From positions 1 through 19,818 of the forward strand of contig CAZBPC010000064.1 of the NCBI GenBank assembly GCA_964493715.1: a stretch of 19,818 bases of DNA, written 5' to 3'. This document shows, in pieces, positions 16,872-19,818 of the stretch. The DNA is from an uncultured archaeon. GTDB taxonomy: Archaea; Asgardarchaeota; Lokiarchaeia; Sigyniarchaeales; SOKP01. The notes under the pieces were generated by a model. It made no database searches, was not told where the DNA came from, and saw only the letters and a program-made list of their open reading frames with translations. Numbering within the stretch: position 1 is the first letter of the stretch; each line of letters opens with the position of its first letter. The translations under genes were made by a program, and so were the position numbers.

Positions 16872-18578
16872 TCAAATCTCATAATCAATGTGTAAAAAGT
16901 TGAACCACCTGAGAGCTTCTGCCTCTGGATTTTTAAATGCTCCAAAATTGGATGGGACTTCTAGAGAGGAAATAATATTTTTAGCTTCTTCAATGTATCT
17001 TTCAAATATTAAATCACGATTAATTAATTGTTCCTCAAAACAATAATGAAGTTCCATTTCAAGAATATTCTTTATGTTTGGTAGGGGTTCCTCTTGTTTA
17101 TTGTTGATTTTAATATGATTCCATTCACCAGTTTGATAGTTAAATCTGTATTCAGAAAGAAACTTTTTTCCATGTTCGGCGATAAACTCAATTGCATTGC
17201 AGATAAATTGGAATTCTGATTCAGAGTGTAAGTAATGAAAGTTTACTCGACACCAACCGGGTTTTATTCCAATTAAATTTTGCGCAACTAATTTTCGGAA
17301 CTTTAAAGATGTCTCTTCATCAATATTTAGGAGCAAATGACCATATGACCCAGCACACATGCATCCTGCTCGACTTTGGATTCCAAATAAGTCATTGAGA
17401 AGATTAGTGGTTAGTTTGGGATGAAGATATTTATCATCATGTTTGATCATGAAAGATACGATTGAAATGCGATTCTGAGGGTTAATTGGTCCTAGTATTT
17501 CGATATTTTTATTTTTATGGAATCTTTCTAAGACTCGCGAATTATAATCTAATTCTTTTTCTTCGATATTGGAGATCCCGATAGCGTCTTTTAAATCAAT
17601 AGCTAAACTAGCTTTAATTGTTTGTAATATACCTGGTGTGCCTGCTTTTTCACGAGTCTCAATATCATCTATATAATCTACTAATTTTGGACTGACATAG
17701 TCTACAGTTCCACCACCAGCACATGTTGGCGATAAATTTGAATCGTATAAGTTATTATTAAAGACTAATATCCCACTTGATCCCGGCCCACCAATGTATT
17801 TATGTGGTGATAGATAGATCGCATCAAAGTAGGATTCACTATCCTTATTCATATCAATTTTAACATAGGGAGCACTTGCAGCGTAATCAAAACATGCAAT
17901 ACCATTGTACTTGTGCATGATCCGTGCAATTTCATAAATTGGAGATTTGACACCAGTCACATTCGATGCTGCTGAAAATGTTCCGATTTTTATTCGATCT
18001 TTATATTTAGGATTGCTAACTTTCATTTCTAAATCTTCAACATCAAAATATCCTTCTGGTGTTATCTCTACTGTCACCAATTCGACTAAAGCTTCTCTCC
18101 ACATAATGTCATTAGAATGATGTTCATATGGTCCAATAAATACCACCGGTTTTCGTTCATTAAACTGAGGTATTAGATTTTCAATCTCAGGTACTAATGT
18201 CAAAGCTAATTTCTTTGTGGCGGGATGGATCTTGACTCCTAATATTTCTTGTAATTTTGAAATAGCCCCTGTTGCACCTGTCCCAACAGCGATTAAACTG
18301 TAATTATTTTCGGCATTTAAAGCCTTTTTTATGAGAGCTTCAGCATTGTGCAAGAGATTGGTCATATGACGCCCCGTGATATCATCTTCTGTATGCGTGT
18401 TAGCATACTCTCTTTGAATCTTAATTAGAAACTGTTCAATAAATTCTAAAGATCGTCCAGAAGCAGTATAATCCGCATAAGTAAGTAACCTATCTCCATA
18501 GGGGGTTTGAAATGTAAAGTTACGACCAATTATTGCATTTCTCACGTATTTGAAAGAAAGAAATGAAGGACTACTCAA
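16872..18578 (-). CDS. Aminotransferase class V PLP enzyme, cysteine desulfurase-like (SufS-related, long form)
   Basis: YADYTASGR, EHHSN, SNVTG, DYAA, PLP lysine SPHK, GGGTV, EKAGTP and RAGCMCA. TTG start with AAGGAG upstream. Confidence 0.88.
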   Translation of the reverse strand: MSSPSFLSFKYVRNAIIGRNFTFQTPYGDRLLTYADYTASGRSLEFIEQFLIKIQREYANTHTEDDITGRHMTNLLHNAEALIKKALNAENNYSLIAVGTGATGAISKLQEILGVKIHPATKKLALTLVPEIENLIPQFNERKPVVFIGPYEHHSNDIMWREALVELVTVEITPEGYFDVEDLEMKVSNPKYKDRIKIGTFSAASNVTGVKSPIYEIARIMHKYNGIACFDYAASAPYVKIDMNKDSESYFDAIYLSPHKYIGGPGSSGILVFNNNLYDSNLSPTCAGGGTVDYVSPKLVDYIDDIETREKAGTPGILQTIKASLAIDLKDAIGISNIEEKELDYNSRVLERFHKNKNIEILGPINPQNRISIVSFMIKHDDKYLHPKLTTNLLNDLFGIQSRAGCMCAGSYGHLLLNIDEETSLKFRKLVAQNLIGIKPGWCRVNFHYLHSESEFQFICNAIEFIAEHGKKFLSEYRFNYQTGEWNHIKINNKQEEPLPNIKNILEMELHYCFEEQLINRDLIFERYIEEAKNIISSLEVPSNFGAFKNPEAEALRWFNFLHIDYEI

Positions 18579-18648
18579 TATTTTTTTCTCCTTGTTTTTC
18601 AGTAATAAGTTTATAATCTAACTAAAGACCTAGATTAATTAAAATTAA

Positions 18649-18789
18649 TTAAATCTGTTATTATTCCGTTTTATGGCAATTCCCGCGATATTTATGATAA
18701 TAGGAGGTTTTATCTTTTGGAAGTGGTACAAGTTGACTCCAGAGAAAGTACAAGAAAATCAAGAAAAAATTAAAGAAATGGGGATATAA
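18649..18789 (+). pseudogene. C-terminal remnant of an MFS (GPH/MelB-like) transporter, or a 38-aa single-TM peptide from ATG 18673
   Basis: Manual translation (LNLLLFRF)MAIPAIFMIIGGFIFWKWYKLTPEKVQENQEKIKEMGI* resembles the last TM helix and cytoplasmic tail of GPH transporters. Several in-frame stops lie directly upstream, and a T tract follows. Confidence 0.65.
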
Positions 18790-18897
18790 TAGCACTCACC
18801 CATCTATTATTTTTTTTATCAATTTTACAAGCGTAAACAATTGCATAGATTAAGATAAAAAAAAAAAATAGAATTTTAATTATTTTAGATTGGATTT

Positions 18898-19473
18898 TTA
18901 TGCACTCAATTCTTGAACCAACAACGTTCTTGTAAAATTAAACGGAGTATAACCACTACTATGAGCCACGCTCAATGAATTATCGCCAGGAGCATCAAAT
19001 ACTGAATTCCAAAATAGTTCGACTTTATAGGTTCCAGCAGGTAACCTTGGTGTCATGTAATTAATATAAAGATTTATAGATATTTGCCTAAATTGTCCCG
19101 TAGCAGGAGTATCATCATAAAAGTTTGCTTGTATCGTTCTATTACCTATATTTTCAACTCCTAGAGAAATATTATACCCTTGTCTTGTTGTAAAGGTAAG
19201 ATCTAATGAAAGAATGGCCATCGCTGAAAAGGTCATATATAACCTTGAATCGGCATTAATAGTAATGGTTAATTCCGTATCAGGCATTTTAACAGGCGTG
19301 AGTTGATAATCAAACACATAAGCAGGGGAATTCCATTCTCCATATTGTGTTTGGATTAAAGTATTTTTTGTATCAACACCTGGTAGAAAACCAACAAATG
19401 CCAAACCCCATATAATTCCCATGGTAATAAGAACACTACCAATAATACTTCCAATAACTGATTTTGAAGACAT
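18898..19473 (-). CDS. Hypothetical protein with an N-terminal membrane anchor/signal and a beta-rich extracellular domain
   Basis: Hydrophobic N-terminus (VIGSIIGSVLITMGIIWGLAFVGFL) and a Thr/Asn/aromatic-rich alternating-strand pattern. AGGTG SD upstream. Confidence 0.75.
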   Translation of the reverse strand: MSSKSVIGSIIGSVLITMGIIWGLAFVGFLPGVDTKNTLIQTQYGEWNSPAYVFDYQLTPVKMPDTELTITINADSRLYMTFSAMAILSLDLTFTTRQGYNISLGVENIGNRTIQANFYDDTPATGQFRQISINLYINYMTPRLPAGTYKVELFWNSVFDAPGDNSLSVAHSSGYTPFNFTRTLLVQELSA

Positions 19474-19608
19474 ATTTACACCTTTTAATTTTATAGTTTT
19501 ATGTTATAGATGATTCTGTAAAATATACATAATTTACATTTAACTTTTGATATTCAGAATTTTACAAAGATCTGAAAAAAAACTTTTAAAATATAAAAAA
19601 GGAGTAAT

Positions 19609-19818
19609 TTACTCATAGATTTCTTTCGGTTCCTCTCGAGGTAATCTCTCTTCTACGGGTAATAAATCTTTTAATTTTATATGAGGCTCTGTTTGATACC
19701 AGTAAGCCGTTGAAGAAAAATCATCAGATCTTTGGTTTGCGTGACCATGCTCTATCTTTACTAGAATGTTTTTGTGAAAATATATTGGATCTTCCACATG
19801 ATATCGATAATAGGAGAT
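19609..19818 (-). CDS. DUF2961 / glycoside hydrolase family 172 protein, C-terminal part (enters from the right edge)
   Basis: The frame is open from 19818: ISYYRYHVEDPIYFHKNILVKIEHGHANQRSDDFSSTAYWYQTEPH. YRxHxxDPI-F...IEHG...SSxAYWYQ is the DUF2961 C-terminal signature. Confidence 0.85.
   Translation of the reverse strand: MSYYRYHVEDPIYFHKNILVKIEHGHANQRSDDFSSTAYWYQTEPHIKLKDLLPVEERLPREEPKEIYE

Noticed and set aside
5424-16874. Selenocysteine readthrough at TGA stops (5424, 12864, 16872)
   Set aside because: The proteins appear complete at these stops, none falls in a redox motif, and no convincing SECIS-like hairpin was seen.
1-19818. tRNA, rRNA, CRISPR array, transposase, integrase or defence genes
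   Set aside because: None were recognisable. The intergenic regions are short and AT-rich, without GC-rich structured segments.

Overview
AT-rich archaeal-type chromosomal window, most consistent with an Asgard archaeon (Lokiarchaeia/Promethearchaeota). That call is inferred from a Rab-like small GTPase lacking a prenylation tail, HEAT and HEAT+LRR proteins, a TrmB-like regulator, a GGTGA ribosome-binding site, oligo-T terminators and multiple acyl-CoA enzymes. Left to right it carries a partial acyl-CoA dehydrogenase (missed by the ORF track), acyl-CoA ligase, Zn-dependent dehydrogenase, ThDP enzyme (HACL2/ILVBL-like), HEAT+LRR protein, 4-TM membrane protein, DRE-TIM synthase (probably Re-citrate synthase rather than homocitrate synthase), 4-hydroxybutyryl-CoA dehydratase-family Fe-S flavoprotein, TrmB-like regulator, Rab-like GTPase, HEAT protein, amidohydrolase, URO-D-family protein, second acyl-CoA ligase, class V PLP enzyme, a 38-codon MFS/GPH transporter remnant (also missed), a membrane-anchored orphan and a partial DUF2961/GH172 gene. 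The most interesting arrangement is an apparently translationally coupled pair, Rab-like GTPase then TrmB-like transcription factor, with palindromic operator candidates upstream. No CRISPR, rRNA, tRNA or mobile element was seen. All family calls come from motif recognition by eye; no database searches were run.
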